Below, one piece after another: positions 48,351 to 63,040 of a DNA stretch of 64,000 nt. This stretch comes from Octopus sinensis (Eukaryota). Position numbers and translations under genes: made by a program. The stretch spans positions 27,528,001 to 27,592,000 of the forward strand of contig NC_043021.1 of assembly GCF_006345805.1 (NCBI RefSeq). Reading direction: 5' to 3'. Position 1 is the stretch's first letter; each line of letters begins with the position of its first letter. Below the pieces are notes generated by a model. It worked only from the letters and a program-made list of their open reading frames with translations. It made no database searches and was not told the origin of the DNA.

Positions 48351-48878
48351 ATATATACGATAGCTGCAAACTCGTGCTCGAGTATCGTCATCGCCTGATC
48401 GAAAGTCCCACACTTGCAAAAGCTACAAGCAGCCATCTTTGTGATAGGTCTTATTCCGTTATTCAAGCGATGCCTATGCATAATGATTTTTTACGGTGGA
48501 GAAAGGATTCGCGCAAATCGAATCCCACTCTCTGAACATGGACAACATAACACATGGTCGGGTCGTCGGCGACTAAACTGCTTGGGGATTGTTGCATACG
48601 CTGCGGGACGTAAATAAAGCATGTCAAATGGCGGAACACCTGACGAGCTGTCAACATGAGGCACCACACAAAATATGTCCATGTGTATGTATGCATGTAT
48701 GTATGGGCGGGGAAGGGGAAATACCTGGGTTGGTGTCTAATCGCGCAGTTGGCCCACTGGTAATGGGCGACCCCTCTGTTGTTTTGACAACATCTCGCTA
48801 GGGGAGGAAAACTGAGAAAAAAACCTGCGACACTGACAGTATTCGATAATGTAGACTAGTTCTTTTCAAGTTTATACA

Positions 48879-48964
<86 letters not shown>

Positions 48965-49111
48965 AAGAGAGAGAAAGAGAGAGGAGAGAAGGAGAGAGAG
49001 AGGAGTATTGGTAAAGCATTGTGTGGCATTACTTTAAAAATATTTGTTGTGCAACCTTCTCAACTTTCTCACAATCCCGCGACCATACACAACAAATCTC
49101 TTTAAATACAT

Positions 49112-49188
<77 letters not shown>

Positions 49189-49849
49189 TATATATATATA
49201 TGTATTATATATACATATGGAAAAAAGTCAAGGTAGAAAATGCTAAAATAGTTTTATATATACATTCATCGCTGAAGTGAGTTTTCTTGAGCATGAATAG
49301 AGGCAGTTTTCTTTTGCGGCCCTTGTTTGTGGAGATAAATTAGAAAGTCTTCGTTTTGGTTGTCATGGCTGGAAAGAGCGAACGATTAAAGAACATATAT
49401 GATGGACGACATAACAATTTGACGTTGTGCATTGTATAATTTCATTGTTTTAGTAACAAATGAACAGATGTGGAAAAATTCATACGGCAATTTGTATACC
49501 GTTATTATGACAAGAAGCGATAAACTTTGAATGATTTGGCTATGTTCTGTGTTGATAAGCGCAATGCATTCTGTTAGCTGATCTATAGTGGAGTGGATTA
49601 CTGGCATAATGGAAGTTATTGTTTGACCAGAAATAAAGACGGTGATTTATGTTAAGAAGGATCACAAGCTAGGTACTGTTTCATCGAATAAAAAAGGGTT
49701 AATATGATTTTGCCCAGAAATCACGTTTTCGAAACTATAATTTCCACACTCCCCATCGAAATTTCCTAATTCTTAACTGTTTTCCGAATTTTCTTTTTCA
49801 ACCACATGGAAAAATACAGAGATTACGAATCTGGGAAATATATACTTTT

Positions 49850-50015
49850 TTGGCGAAAGTAAAGAATACGCACAGCCGGTGTTTAGGGTTAGGGTTAGGA
49901 TTTAGGGTTAGTGTTAGGGTTTAAGATTAGGGTTAAGGTTTAGGGTTAGGATTAGGGTTAGAGTTAGGGCTTTTGTTACGCCGAAAACAGGTGGTGTATG
50001 TATTCTTTACTTCCA
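49850..50015 (+). repeat. Degenerate interstitial (TTAGGG)n tract (49883-49969) bracketed by a short inverted repeat
   Basis: About 14 imperfect ttaggg units. aagtaaagaatacgcacagcc (49857-49877) versus ggtggtgtatgtattctttactt (49990-50012). Confidence 0.7.
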
Positions 50016-50463
50016 CCATTTGTTTTTAAAAGTTTAAATTTCTGAAATGCCTCGGCCACCCATCAGCTACCCGCTTTCGGGCGAAATGCAAATCTCTTGC
50101 ATGGAGAATATAGGAATGTGAGTAAATTGAGGAAAGAAATAGTGGGGCGGGGTACGCAAATGTCATCTCAGACATGCTAGAAACAACAGGTAAACGACAG
50201 GCTTTCTGAGATAACTTCTTTGTAAGTTTAAATGGAAGATCAGTGTTTGAAATACGCTCGTCACAAACAAGAATGACAGAATAGCAAAAAGGTATTTCCA
50301 TGGGATTTCAGATGTAATTTAGCGCATAATTAATACAGAACTTTAACTCTGTGTGTGTGTATGCCAAAGGAAGTTATTTTTTGCATTCCTTTCTTAACTG
50401 AAAAAGAAGGAAATGAGAGAGAGATTACATAACAGACACACAAACATATATATATGTATATAT

Positions 50464-50532
<69 letters not shown>

Positions 50533-53283
50533 ATACGTACATGAATACATACATAAATAATGCATACATACGGACATACATATATATATATATCTGTTTA
50601 TATATATATATATATCTATATATATATCTGTCTTTAGGTAAGTATCTGTTTCGTTCCTGAAACTCACCATAGCAACTACTTTCACTTATCTAAATGAGAA
50701 AGTAAAAACTTGCGAAGTTTGAGCTTGAAAAAAAAAATGGAGACTTTTGACATTTCATCTATTGCGAAAGTTATTGTTTTTATTTGTACAAAACGTCTTG
50801 TTTTCCAAGCACAATATTATATACTCCTTGATACCAAGAAATGAAGACACAGTATATACATAAAATAAAAGCAACCGCTCGCAGAATTCATAAAGAACCA
50901 CGTAAATGGGACACGCAAGATTATTTCTACTCTGTCTGTCACCGACAGGGTAATTTCTCAACAGCGAACATCCAAGAAGCAGCTGCAGTAAGGAAATCAT
51001 AGAGAAGGAATAATCCCATAACATTACGGAGCCAGGAAGAGACGCATAATTTCGAAGAATGTACTGGACACAATTATGAATTTCAGTGGAAATTTTCGAA
51101 TTAAAAATAGTACAATTTCTGTGACAGTGACCTTGTAAATGTTTACTCTAGTTGCCTCGATAGGATTGCTTCACATGTATTATACCAGAACCTAAGAAAC
51201 TCACAGAGGGATTCCCAAAGTCTGGTCACTTTCCAACGGCGAAATACGATACACAATATCCCACTGAAAGAATTCCGACTATATATTGTGGTGGTGTATA
51301 CGATAAATGATTCGATGGAATTACTGGACTTAAGGAAACAATCTTTAAGATGTGTTACAACACACACGTACAAACATTTTGTTACAAAGAAGTAATTGCT
51401 CATTTCTATAGTAATGTTCTAAGAAGTTATGATCAGTGAAGTCCAAAGAATCTTTCGTAACCTGGAGTATCGTTTATAAAAATAGTACTAAATCTTTTGA
51501 TACCCCACACGTCAAAATCGGTAACTCGGTTTTCTGAATGCATAAGGAACACACACACACACAAACTTTCTTTTATAGATATAGATATCTATATGTATAT
51601 ATGTGTATGTATGTATCTATTTATGTATGTATTCATGTGTATGTGTGTGTATATATATATGTATATATATATATATACAAATATGTACATAAAAAAGAGA
51701 AAAATCACTGTCTGTCCCCAAAAATAACAAACCTTGATACTTCCACTGAGGTAGTTTTCTCGGCCCGAGGAAATTCTTATAGATTTTTATCAACTCTAAA
51801 ATAGATTATGACAGGATATTCTTTGTAATAGATTTTGTGCTCGTAATTTCCCCAAATGTGTGGACAAAATCCCTTAGTTATATTCTAGTGTAGTAAGCTT
51901 TCGTAGGGTTTCAAGGACCCATTTATCTGGCCGTCATCGATGCCCCTTGCTTTCCATTGCAGTTTGTTTGGTAATTATGACAATTGTTGGATTGATTTCC
52001 GGTGCTTTTGATAATTACACGAGTTTTCTTCATGTAGCTTTAGATTGTAGTGAAAAAAGATGAAGAATTAAGGGATAGAGTGAACTTTTTTTGTGACAGT
52101 TTTTTTATCATCAGAAAACCAAGGGAAATAAACAGAGCTGTGAAATTATGCGAGAGCCTCAGCTTGCCTGGCGTCACTGTGTTTCTGTGTCAAACTTGCT
52201 TCAAAACTTATAAAAATTAGAATGATTCATGTTCAGTTTGGATTGTTGAAAACTGAACAGATGGTAACGGCAGGTATGATTAATTCTGAGTAAAACAGAT
52301 GAAATCATGAGGAAGATGGGAAACTGCTTAGCTCACGATCTGCCGTGCAGGACACAGAAGAACTATGGGAGTCCAGATCACTGGATTTATGCAGGGAGAT
52401 TATAAGTTTTACATATGGAGCAGTTAACGTGGAACAAACATGTTTTAAGTGGAAGAAGTCGAAAATGTAAGAGGATGACGGTTACACGGGGGAAGCGTTT
52501 ATCTATTATTCATGGGATGAAGAAAAGGTTTACGTGAGTTAGGTATAAGGCTTACGTGGTGTGGTAACAGCCATCACGTAGGAAAATCGTAAGGGTTACA
52601 TCGGAAAATCATACTCAGTAAGTGGGTAAAAATAAATACGGTATGAAAGGAGCAAAAGGTTTATATGGTAGGAATATAATTTATAGAGGTACTTTGACCT
52701 TAGTAATGCAGGCTTAGCATTCTGAAATAGGAATTCTCTATAAGAGATTGTATGACATTAAAGAAATTTCAACTCTTATTTCTAGTACAGCCAAAGAACC
52801 CATAGAAGCATTGTTGTTTAGTAATCTCTTTGTTGTAGTTCAAGATTATGTCAAATTGAAGGATTATAATATCTCCTTCTCCACATATATACTGTAGAGT
52901 TTTTATGGTTATTGTTTTATCCCAGGTCAGCCATGAGCAAATATATCGTATCTATGATTGTGTTGCGCAATATTCGCAATTCAAAATATATTTCGCTTCT
53001 ATTTCTTGCAGTTCCAGCGACCGCCTAGAAATTGACTTTGCGTCATTGTAAATGTCACGCCTGGCGAATAAGTGGAGCGAAAATAGCTCAACAGAAAATC
53101 GAACCTGTGTGAAAAATTCGTTCTGACTGGTGTCTCTCATCGATTGTCAACAGGTTGTATTGTAAATAGATATGGGATTACACACACACACAATCGCACA
53201 AAACTTACCCATACATAAACATATACGCACAGAAATGCGCGCACACACATGGTCACACTATATAATATATGTATGTATATATC

Positions 53284-53342
<59 letters not shown>

Positions 53343-53515
53343 GCATCATATGCAAATATACCCACATTCTACATATTTGCCATACATGTTCGCATATCAC
53401 GAACTGCTATTCTTGTATCGGTACTCGCCTATATGTATTTTCATACTACGTACGTACACATATACATAAGCAAACATGCGCGAGAGCGCACATGCACGTA
53501 TTTTGTTTGCGTGAA

Positions 53516-53587
<72 letters not shown>

Positions 53588-54431
53588 TATATATTAATAT
53601 ATATGTATCTATACATAAACACGCGCAAGCAGATATCATCATCGACACCTGCACATTTTTAATAAATAAATATAGAAATGTTGTTAAACAACTTCATCAG
53701 TGCAGCAATATTATAACAACACGGAAAGATGAAAAATCTGAAGATGTATTTTCTAATCTTCGACCAAACAAACAAAAAATAAAAGAAAAAAAAAGAAAAC
53801 AAAGAATTTATGATAGGAATAAAATAGGAGAACATTAATAAAAGCCAATTAGGTAAAAATTACTTTCTCACTCTTGAAATACCAAAATGGAATTATTCTC
53901 ATGTACAACTCTTTGACAGGTGTCAAAAATTCTTCTGCTGGAAGAGAAGTTTAATACTCTCTCAGGTGCTTGTATAAGAATAGTACAACATCAGTCAAAG
54001 AAACACATCCATGGAGAATCTTCTACGAGGTCGTTCGATATTGCTTGAAACGTAAGCCAAATCCGCCTCGAATGACACTGTACCGACTTTGAGAAAGTTA
54101 GGAAAAGAAAACAGAAAGACAAATGAAAGATGAAAGGAAATGTCATTATATTACAGTCCATTCCTCTCAACTTGTCCTCTCCCGCTGCAATGGGGATCCA
54201 CTTAAGATTTTGTTGTGAAAATTTACTTGCAATAAATTGTTTCTAAATCGACAGCGAAATATTTTATCAATTCTTTTTCATACAATTCCGAATGATATTT
54301 ATAAAAATATAATGGGACCGTTTTTAAAACATCAAATGTTTATTAAGGTCCAGAAGAGTAAAATAAGAATCGAAAGGTTTCCACAGATAAAAACTGGTTG
54401 CGAACAATTGTTATAGTTTAATCTAAAACAG

Positions 54432-54640
54432 TGAGCTGTTGCAATCGTTGGCACGCTGGACAAAATGCATAGCGCCGTTTCGCCCGATTTTACGTTCTGA
54501 TTTCAATTTCCGCCGAGGTCAGCTTTACCTTTCATCTTTTCGTAGGTCGATAAAATAAGTACCAGTTGAACATTGGGGGTCGATGTAATCGACTTTCTCC
54601 TTCCGCCCGAAATTGCTGGCCTTGTGCCAACATTCCAAAC
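54432..54640 (+). mobile_element. SINE family B, diverged
   Basis: gtgagctgttgcaatcgttggcacgctggacaaaatgc..ggtcgataaaataagtaccagttg..ggggtcgatgtaatcgact..aaattgctggccttgtgcc. Confidence 0.8.
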
Positions 54641-55939
54641 TGTTGTATTATGGTTGATTTTTAATTTTTGCCTTTATGAAAAATGTGGCTCATTTGTATC
54701 ACTTGTGATCGTGGATCAACTCGGTCAGTTTTGGTTTATGGGTCAAATACAATGAAAGCAAAGAGACAAAACAAAAGGAAACAAATAAAAATCCATCAAT
54801 AATAACGCTTAGAGCATACGATGAAGCAAAGAAGCTTTAATACGCTTGCTTGACCTGCAGAGAGAGTTACAAGAAATACCTCTCAAACCCGACTCTATTT
54901 CCTTTCACCTCTTTTGAAAAATGAAGGACACGCTGGATAACGTTGTTCTTAGTCCACAACTAGAAAAATGTATGAGATTAGAATGTCAGAATGTACTGAG
55001 GTGAGACCAAAGTTTCAAGGTATTTAGTCCAAGGCTAAGGATTCTGGCTAATCAAGCTCGTTTATTAACTGAAATTACTGTTAGACACTTTTTTTGGACA
55101 TTGAACGCATTACTATTCTGAAATTGAATCCCCCACCCACAAAAAGATCTAGCTATGTGTTCTGGTATTTTTGGTCATTAAACTGACCTGAGTTTGATAT
55201 TGCAAGAGCCGAGCCGACCTACCACCTTTCTAATCTGGATAGAAGGTCTTTTAGTGTCCATTTAGCATAACTCATCGAACGGTCATAACACATTTAGTAA
55301 AAAAACAAAACAACAAAAAACACACTACAACAACAAACACTGCGTAGAATATTTTCTATCACTGGAAGAACAGAAAGCAAATGAAGAAAAGATCCAACAA
55401 CAGTGGATATTTTTACTTCAATATTTTGGATCGATTAAAAAAAACTAGAAACGGTTTCTTGATTCACAAAATCACGAAATCCAACGAAGCTCCTTTTGAT
55501 GTGATGCCAAACGAGCTCCTGATTTCTTGCTGTAAGATTTAATTCCTTTTCTATGAGATAACACTTTTGATCTCCAAATTTAATAGATTATCTATTTTGG
55601 AATTTTACGAATCCCATGCAGATACTGAAAAACACAAACTTTTGAAGAATCGACACATGGCTATCTCAATCAGCGTTTACTGCCTCTTACCAATGTGAAC
55701 AGTTTTTCTTAGTATTAAATTTTGTCGAGATCCATTTGCAAATCATGAATTACCTCATCATCAGTTCCAAGAAGCATTTCTGACTTTTCCAAAAGTAAGT
55801 AAAACCCATGATTTCATTGCGATTCAAGAAGATGTTTAAATATTACATCACGTAGCGTATTCACTGCTTCAGTATTAAAACCAATATAACTTAATTAATG
55901 AACAACAATACATACATGCATACATACACATATACGTAC

Positions 55940-55998
<59 letters not shown>

Positions 55999-56196
55999 AT
56001 ATATATGTATATGTATATATATATGTATGTATACACACACATTCACACATACCACACACACACATATATATATATTATATATATAATATATACTATATAT
56101 GGTTATATATGTATATATGGATATATACATATACATAAATGCGCATATAAAGGCATGTATATATATGCATCTTTCTCTCTCTCTCAATATATATAT

Positions 56197-56233
<37 letters not shown>

Positions 56234-56429
56234 CATAGCATATATATATTATATATATATGTATACACACACACACACACACCGCACACATATATATATA
56301 TATATGATCCATGAGAAGTTATATAACTTCAAATTATGAGCCACTAAATCGCAATCATCTGCATTTCAGAAACCACGAATAAGAGACTGGATATCTTTCC
56401 CTTAAGTTGAAGAGATTACCAAATATTCG

Positions 56430-57720
56430 TTGTCTCACATGTATCCTAGAAAGTCAATCCACCGTTATAACATAAGCGAGAGTAGCAGCGAATTTCAAAA
56501 TAGAGTTAGAGCAAAGATTTCGCCTTGTTTGACACCTTATCATCACCGACATTTACCCTTGCCTCCACCCCTCTTTGATTATCGATACAATGTGACCCTC
56601 TCAACCAGGGTTGCCGAGTGTTTTACAGAGTGAGATCTTATTCACAGTGTCGAAGGCTTTGTTGACATCAGCGAAAACCTGGGCAGAATCTATATTCTGC
56701 TTATAGCACTTATCCTGCATCTGTATTACGGAAGCTGCTCTGTGATTCACACAGGACGTCATTTACGAGGTATTTATTGATGCGGGTAAGAAAACTTCTT
56801 GCGAGAATCTTGCCAGCCGCTGACAGTGGAGCTGTACCTCTAGGGTCGCTACATTTACTTTGACCCTCTTTTATAGAAAGGAAGAATAACTGTATCGTTC
56901 AGGTCCTTGAGCATAGCACCATCCTTCCTGACTTCACTAATAAACTCGTGAAAACTGTGTGATATGACCACTGCCGGAGCGCGAGATGTCCGCGCCAATT
57001 CCATCTTTACCAGATGTTTTACCATGATTCAATTTACTTATTGCTATTATTACCTTGTCTATTAAAGGGTCAGATTCCAAAGATGTGACGAAAGGTCTTT
57101 TTTGAAAAGTGACGATTACAGCCAACCGTTCTTGCTCCTCTGGTGATGGAATATCTCTAACTTTTCAGAAAGCAACTGATATATTTAGGGCTCTAGAGTT
57201 CTGTGTATGGTCCAAACATGGCGTCACAAGCCTAAAAAGTTTTTGTTATCTTACCTGCACGCGTGTGAGCGTGCTGACGTCGCCCCTATAATCATGTGAG
57301 ACATGGACACTTTATAAGTATCCTGTAGGTGTCCTTGAACACCTCTATTAGAGATGTCTTGAAGGGAACCAACATCCGGAGCACTGAGGCGACAGTGCTG
57401 AAGCACCATTTACGGTAGACCGGATGATTTGTTCAGATGAATGATCGGAGGATTCCCTAAGCAGACGGCGAACTTGTTTGGGTAAAGTGTCCCAAGCAGA
57501 AACTAGAAACGAAGACTACACTTTAAGAATTGTGTAAAATCCTCGTTGAAGGCCTGTAAGATATGTAAGGTTGATTGGGAAAACGATGTGTGTCATCATC
57601 ATTAACTGAGGAAACTAGTAAAGGGAGAGGTGGGCAATTTTGGAAAAAGTGCATTGTCACGCAGAATTTAAGTGATATGCTCGAAAACGCACCGCCAGGG
57701 GGAGATTAGTCGGCAATATC
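56430..57720. mobile_element. Degraded RTE-clade LINE: RT N-terminal part on minus (56430-57130), C-terminal part on plus (57140-57720)
   Basis: Minus: AISKLNHGKTSGKDGIGADI and VFADVNKAFDTVN. Plus: VWSKHG, CETWTLY, and remnants of LRW.G..RM.DRRIPKQ. Confidence 0.7.
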
Positions 57721-59180
57721 TGCAGACGAATATGTTTATTAAGAACTAAGCTCAATAATTACGAGCGGAACCAAAGTGTTTGAGTATAGAATGTTCTTAA
57801 AAGTTATTAGTGATTTTCTTCGGTAAATCGTGGAATGGCGTCGGATAACGTTCACAAGGATTTTACGCCATTAAACCTGTCCCAGTTTAAATTTCAAGTC
57901 TGGGACAAATTTTGTCGGTTTCTATTTTATAGAACCGCTATATTCTGCGTTATAAACTTAAGCAGAGACACAAACACATAAACATATATATGAATATATG
58001 CGTACGAGTTTATGTGTGTGTCTGTGTGTGTGTGTGTGCCTGGGTGGTGTGTATGAACTGCCCCGATAAATAAATTAATATAAATCACAGTAGTAAATTT
58101 AAAATGTTCCTATAAATATATAATTTTATTTACTACGGCTAAGTGATAAGTTTATGCACATTGGGAATTATTACATTTTATGTTTATTCCTCCAAGATAA
58201 CATCGATTTTTCTTTACCATGTGTTTCCTGAAGAGGTGTAGAAAAAATTTCGTTCCAATAAATTTCATGTTGTTTATTATCGTTCTATATACGTATTCGA
58301 TATTGACATTTTAAGTTTCCTATCCATTTTAGGTTTCATGGCTCACAAAAAAGAGTAATCCTTCGTCCCTATCCAAATATCATGTGCTCATTAAATGCAG
58401 GACACATGCATCCAGAGCAACAAAAATTACCAACACGGAGAATTATACATTCATATATCCACATATATATTTACCTACCTCAAGTCCAAATGTCAAACCC
58501 ACATTTTTCTTCTCGCTATCATCTCGGATTGAGAGCGCTATGCGCAAAATGATAAATAGCACATTATGTACAGTAAAGAAGTATCTTCAAATTCTCATTG
58601 ATTTGATTTTGTTAATGTAAACTATCCCCAGTTACATTGAATTCAAAGTTTTATCCTTGTAAAAGAGTTAATAAAAATAACGAATGGTTTGTATTACTTA
58701 GTAAAACGAGGTCTGTGTGAAATTAAAAGTAGGCTTTAAAATTAAGAACGGGTTTTAGCATTAAGTAAAACAAAGACTCTTTGAAATCAGAAGATGTGTG
58801 TTCAGTAGATAAGGAAATAAATGTTAAATAATATTTAAAATGGTAAAATTTAATTGAAAACTTCAGTTCAGTGACTATTATTAATTTGATCTTAAAGCAT
58901 ACGTGGTGACAACTACGTACATGGTTCGACTTTATTCCAGCTCTTCGGTGAAATAACTCCTTGCAATGCTTGCCAGACCTAGTCACACTTGATCAATATA
59001 CAGATATACAAGAAATATACACGAATTGGCCCCAAAGTTCCACATGATAACTGAGAGAATTTATTTAGGGACGCCATCTATGTTTTTATAATTAAGTACG
59101 TGTGCCGACATGCTTAACAGAATGAGGAAATCAAAATTGCGTTTAATTAAAATTTCTGTTACACAATGAAATAAAACATA

Positions 59181-59268
59181 AGCTTAGTGACTAATGGTAC
59201 ACAGCTTAGTGACTAATGGTACACAGCTTAGTGACTAATGGTACACAGCTTAGTGACTAATGGTACAC
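59181..59268. repeat. Four perfect tandem copies of the 22-mer agcttagtgactaatggtacac
   Basis: Direct reading. No spacers between units. Confidence 0.95.
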
Positions 59269-60130
59269 AAATGTAGACAAAGAGAATGGAACAAAAGGGA
59301 AAAAAACCCCATAAAACTTATTCTGGTTAACTGGGTAAAAATAAAACCCGAACATTTTAGGCAATTTGACAAAAAATGTCAGCTTCTGTGTTCTTTTGGA
59401 CAAGTTTCAATACAGCGTTCTTATAAATTCTATTCACAAAGATTTTGTCGATTCGATGCTTTGTGACAAAACTCGTGTCAGAGGGGATCACGCCGTGCGA
59501 TTGAGCCTCACCAAAACGATATGCTTGTGAAGGGAAATGCTTAAACATACACCACTGCATGCAAAACAGATTTCGTGAATCATTGTTTCGAGTTTCGAGG
59601 TTCAATAAGCATTGGTTTGTGTTCTTTCTGTTTTATTGAAGGGACATTCTTTTATACGTTTTGAATATATTAATTAACTTGGTTGATTGATTAAAGTACT
59701 GTCTTAATGAAAGTAAGGACTAGCAATAAAAAAAGTTTACCAATAAGATACATAAATCGATCAGTTTAATTGACAGTATAATCAAACACTCTAAATTATG
59801 TACAATACTCTTTGAACTGATGTATTAATTATTTATTACATTGTATTCAATTTATATTTTATTCCAGTCATCATGCTGCTTCCTGGAAAAGGCTCATAAC
59901 TCTGTTCACTTCAGTAACCTGGGTTTACATTAATTACTTTTTCCGGAAAAGTCCAATTAGAGAAGCTCTTTGTATGTAACATGCTCTCATACGAAAACAA
60001 AACAAAAAGAGGCAATAAAACCCACCACTCATGGGAACACGGATAAACGGGTTTAAAATAATAAAAACAAATGTTTCATTCAGCTTGATATCTGTTTTTT
60101 CATCGGGAAAATATGTTGAAGAAATGGGTA

Positions 60131-60260
60131 GGCCTATTGATGGCTGTGTGGTAAGAAGTTTGCTTCCCAACCACCTGGTTCCAAGTTCAGTCTCACTGCA
60201 TCGCTCATTGGGAAAGTGTCTTCTAAGATAGCCTAGGGCCGACCAAAGCCTTATGAGTGG
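60131..60260 (+). mobile_element. SINE family A 5' half (uninterrupted head)
   Basis: tggctgtgtggtaagaagtttgcttcccaaccacctggttccaagttcagtc..ttgggaaagtgtcttctaagatagcctagggccgaccaaagcc. Confidence 0.8.
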
Positions 60261-60269
60261 ATATCAACG

Positions 60270-60566
60270 GGATCACCGAGACCGACCAGGCTATCAGATG
60301 TTGCTACACATCACTGATCACAATGCGCTTCGCATTGTTTTAGACGACACCACCCCGCTGGCTAAGCGAGCAGGCCAACAGAAGAAAGAGTGAGAGAAAA
60401 TTGTGGCGAAAAAGTACAGCAGGGATCGCCACCACCCCCTGCCGGAGCGTCGTGGAGCATTGGGTATTTTTGCTCAATAAACACTCTCGACGCCCGGTCT
60501 GGGAATCGAAACCGTGATCCTACAACCGCGAGTCCTCTGCCTTAACCACTGGGCCATTATGCCTCC
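60270..60566 (-). mobile_element. SINE family D
   Basis: Reverse complement of the 44798 head and body. A further fragment lies at ~60825-60905 (+). Confidence 0.8.
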
Positions 60567-61529
60567 ACATGAGTGGATATAGTAGACGGAAACTGTAAAA
60601 CGCCCATCGTATATATATATAATAGAAATATGTTACAAAAAGAAAATAGAAACTACACGTGGAAATGTAAGGGGAAAGTAAGAAGAAAAAAAGCGAAAAT
60701 ACAGATTGGAAATCAAAACAAAATAAGGGTTTTTTATGAAAAGTAACGATAGATATATACAATTGGATGAACTGAGCTGGGAGTAAAAGTAATAAAAGTC
60801 ATTACTGTGAATTATTAAAGTGATTTAAAAGCATACGCGGCTCCGGCAGAAGGTAATGGCGATCTTCTGCTGACTCTTTCGCCACAACTTTCACTCTTTC
60901 CTCCTGATCTTGCAGCTCACCTGCGACGGACCGGCGGCGTCCCGTCCAGGTGGGGAACCTATACGCCAAGAAACCGGGAAACCAGCCCCTATGAGCCAGG
61001 CATGGCTCGAGAAGGAACAAACAACAAATATTTGTGATGTACATTATCTAATTCTCTCACCTATCAACTTCGACGTTGCTTGTATAGATGCACGGTGTAT
61101 TATATGTCGTCAATTGTTGAAGTGATCGCAAAGTCACGTGATCTGAAGTGTTTTGCTGAATAAAGAACGCAATATACTTCCTGGTTCAAAAACTGAACCC
61201 ACGATCTCGCGATCGTGAATGCAACACTCTGACCAGTTTTTCATTTATTATATTTACGTTGGAGAAATATCATTTTTGTGACGCAGACAATGGCTGCTTC
61301 GCGCAGATTTTGACGAGCGAATGAGGCCACCGTTCTTAGGTTATGATCCAAGCCACAAGAATGGGTAGATGCAGTCTCACTAACGCTCTTCTCTCATGAA
61401 TTGGTAAAGGAATCATTTATAAATTATTGACTCGTAAGATTTCTTAAAAAGGAAGAACTAGACTGGAATAAATTGGGGAAGGAGGGGGTCTTGCTACTGG
61501 ATTCCGAACCGACCTAGAGTTAAACATCA

Positions 61530-61731
61530 TTACCATCACCATCGTCGTCACCGTAGGCATTATTGTCATCGTCATCGTCATCGTCGTTGTCGTCGTCGTC
61601 GTCATCATCATCATCATTATCATCATCATTAGAGTCGTAGGCGTCCTCATTGTCATCCCCCTCCGTCTCCTCAGCGTTATCGCAGTCGTCATCATAGTCG
61701 TAACAGGAGCATTAACAAATACCACACCACC

Positions 61732-61763
<32 letters not shown>

Positions 61764-62160
61764 CAACAACAGCAACAACTAGACGCTCTACTATTTGTTT
61801 TTCTTTTCCTTTTTAATATTTTTTTTATCTATTTTCTATTTTATTAATTTCTCTTCTGTATTTCTTTTCTCTCTCTCTCTAATCCACTCTGATAGCTTGA
61901 TTTAGAAGGACAATCTCAAGACGTAGTATCTATTGTTACACCGCTAAGTCTATGGATTATTATGGCAGACTCAGAAAGAAAGAGAAACATTACAAGATAA
62001 TACGAAGAACGGCGAATAGAATTCCAGACAATCAGCTGCAGTAAAACTTCTTTTCAATATTCGCCCAGTTTCTTTATCTTTATCTTCCTCAATTCAGTTT
62101 ATAGAATTTTTCTTTTGGTTTAGTATTTATTTTTGCATTTCCTCATATTATTATTATTAA

Positions 62161-62201
<41 letters not shown>

Positions 62202-62207
62202 TATTAC

Positions 62208-62245
<38 letters not shown>

Positions 62246-62308
62246 TATTATTGTTATTATTATTATTGTTATTATTATTATTATTATTATATTATTATAT
62301 TATTATTA

Positions 62309-62361
<53 letters not shown>

Positions 62362-62973
62362 GTATTATATTATTATTATTATTATTGTTATTTTTTGTTT
62401 CCTTTGCTATTCTTCGACAATAAAATTATTACCTCTGCGACAAACAGAACAAGGCTAAAAAGGAAAAGGAAAATAAAAACAATATGGCGAGTAACTAAAT
62501 CTACGAACGCCAGGGCAATAAACAAGATGAAGCTATTGATCCTATGGGAGTTAATCGATAGTCAACCCGACTAATTAGTGTTATTTTTGTTTTTCTTTTC
62601 CTTCATAACACCTAACATCGTCGTCGTTATCATCACCACCACCTACACTTTCATCAACATCGTCATCATCATCATTGCCACCGTCATCATCGTCATCGTC
62701 ATCGTCATCATTATCGACACCATCATCATCACTACAGCCACTGTCCCCATCACCACCACCATCATCTTCCCCTCCTCGCTTCCCGTCGTCATTCTCAATA
62801 CAAATATTAGTATTTTGAGCCTAAAGGAGGAAGGTTTCTTTCTTCTTCTTCTTCTTCTTCTTCTTCTTCTTCTTCTTCTCTTCTTCTTCTTCTTCTTCTT
62901 CTTCTTCTTCTTCTTCTTTTCCGCGCAGGCCGACTTTACCTTTCATCCTTTCGGGGTCGATAAACTAAGTACC

Positions 62974-63039
<66 letters not shown>

Positions 63040-63040
63040 T
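61530..63040. repeat. Cluster of trinucleotide arrays (CAT/CGT/CAC/CAA, ATT, CTT, AAT)
   Basis: Direct reading. A SINE-B 3' fragment lies at ~62925-62978. Confidence 0.9.

Noticed and set aside
48636-48680. CTGACGAG as a hammerhead core
   Set aside because: There is no paired stem II followed by GAAA.
49883-49969. True telomere or chromosome end
   Set aside because: The tract is short, degenerate and internal, with ordinary sequence on both sides.
52300-52700. Loosely periodic ggtt(t)ac motifs
   Set aside because: The spacing is irregular and the units are too divergent to define a repeat by eye.
2597-56289. Dozens of ORFs rich in YI/HT/CV/LS/SIYL repeats and poly-L/I/Y
   Set aside because: These are translations of (TA)n, (CA)n, (CT)n, (TATC)n and (ATT)n arrays. 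They have no protein motifs and appear on both strands.
59181-59268. 22-bp repeats as a CRISPR array
   Set aside because: The units are contiguous with no spacers, there are no cas genes, and the context is eukaryotic.
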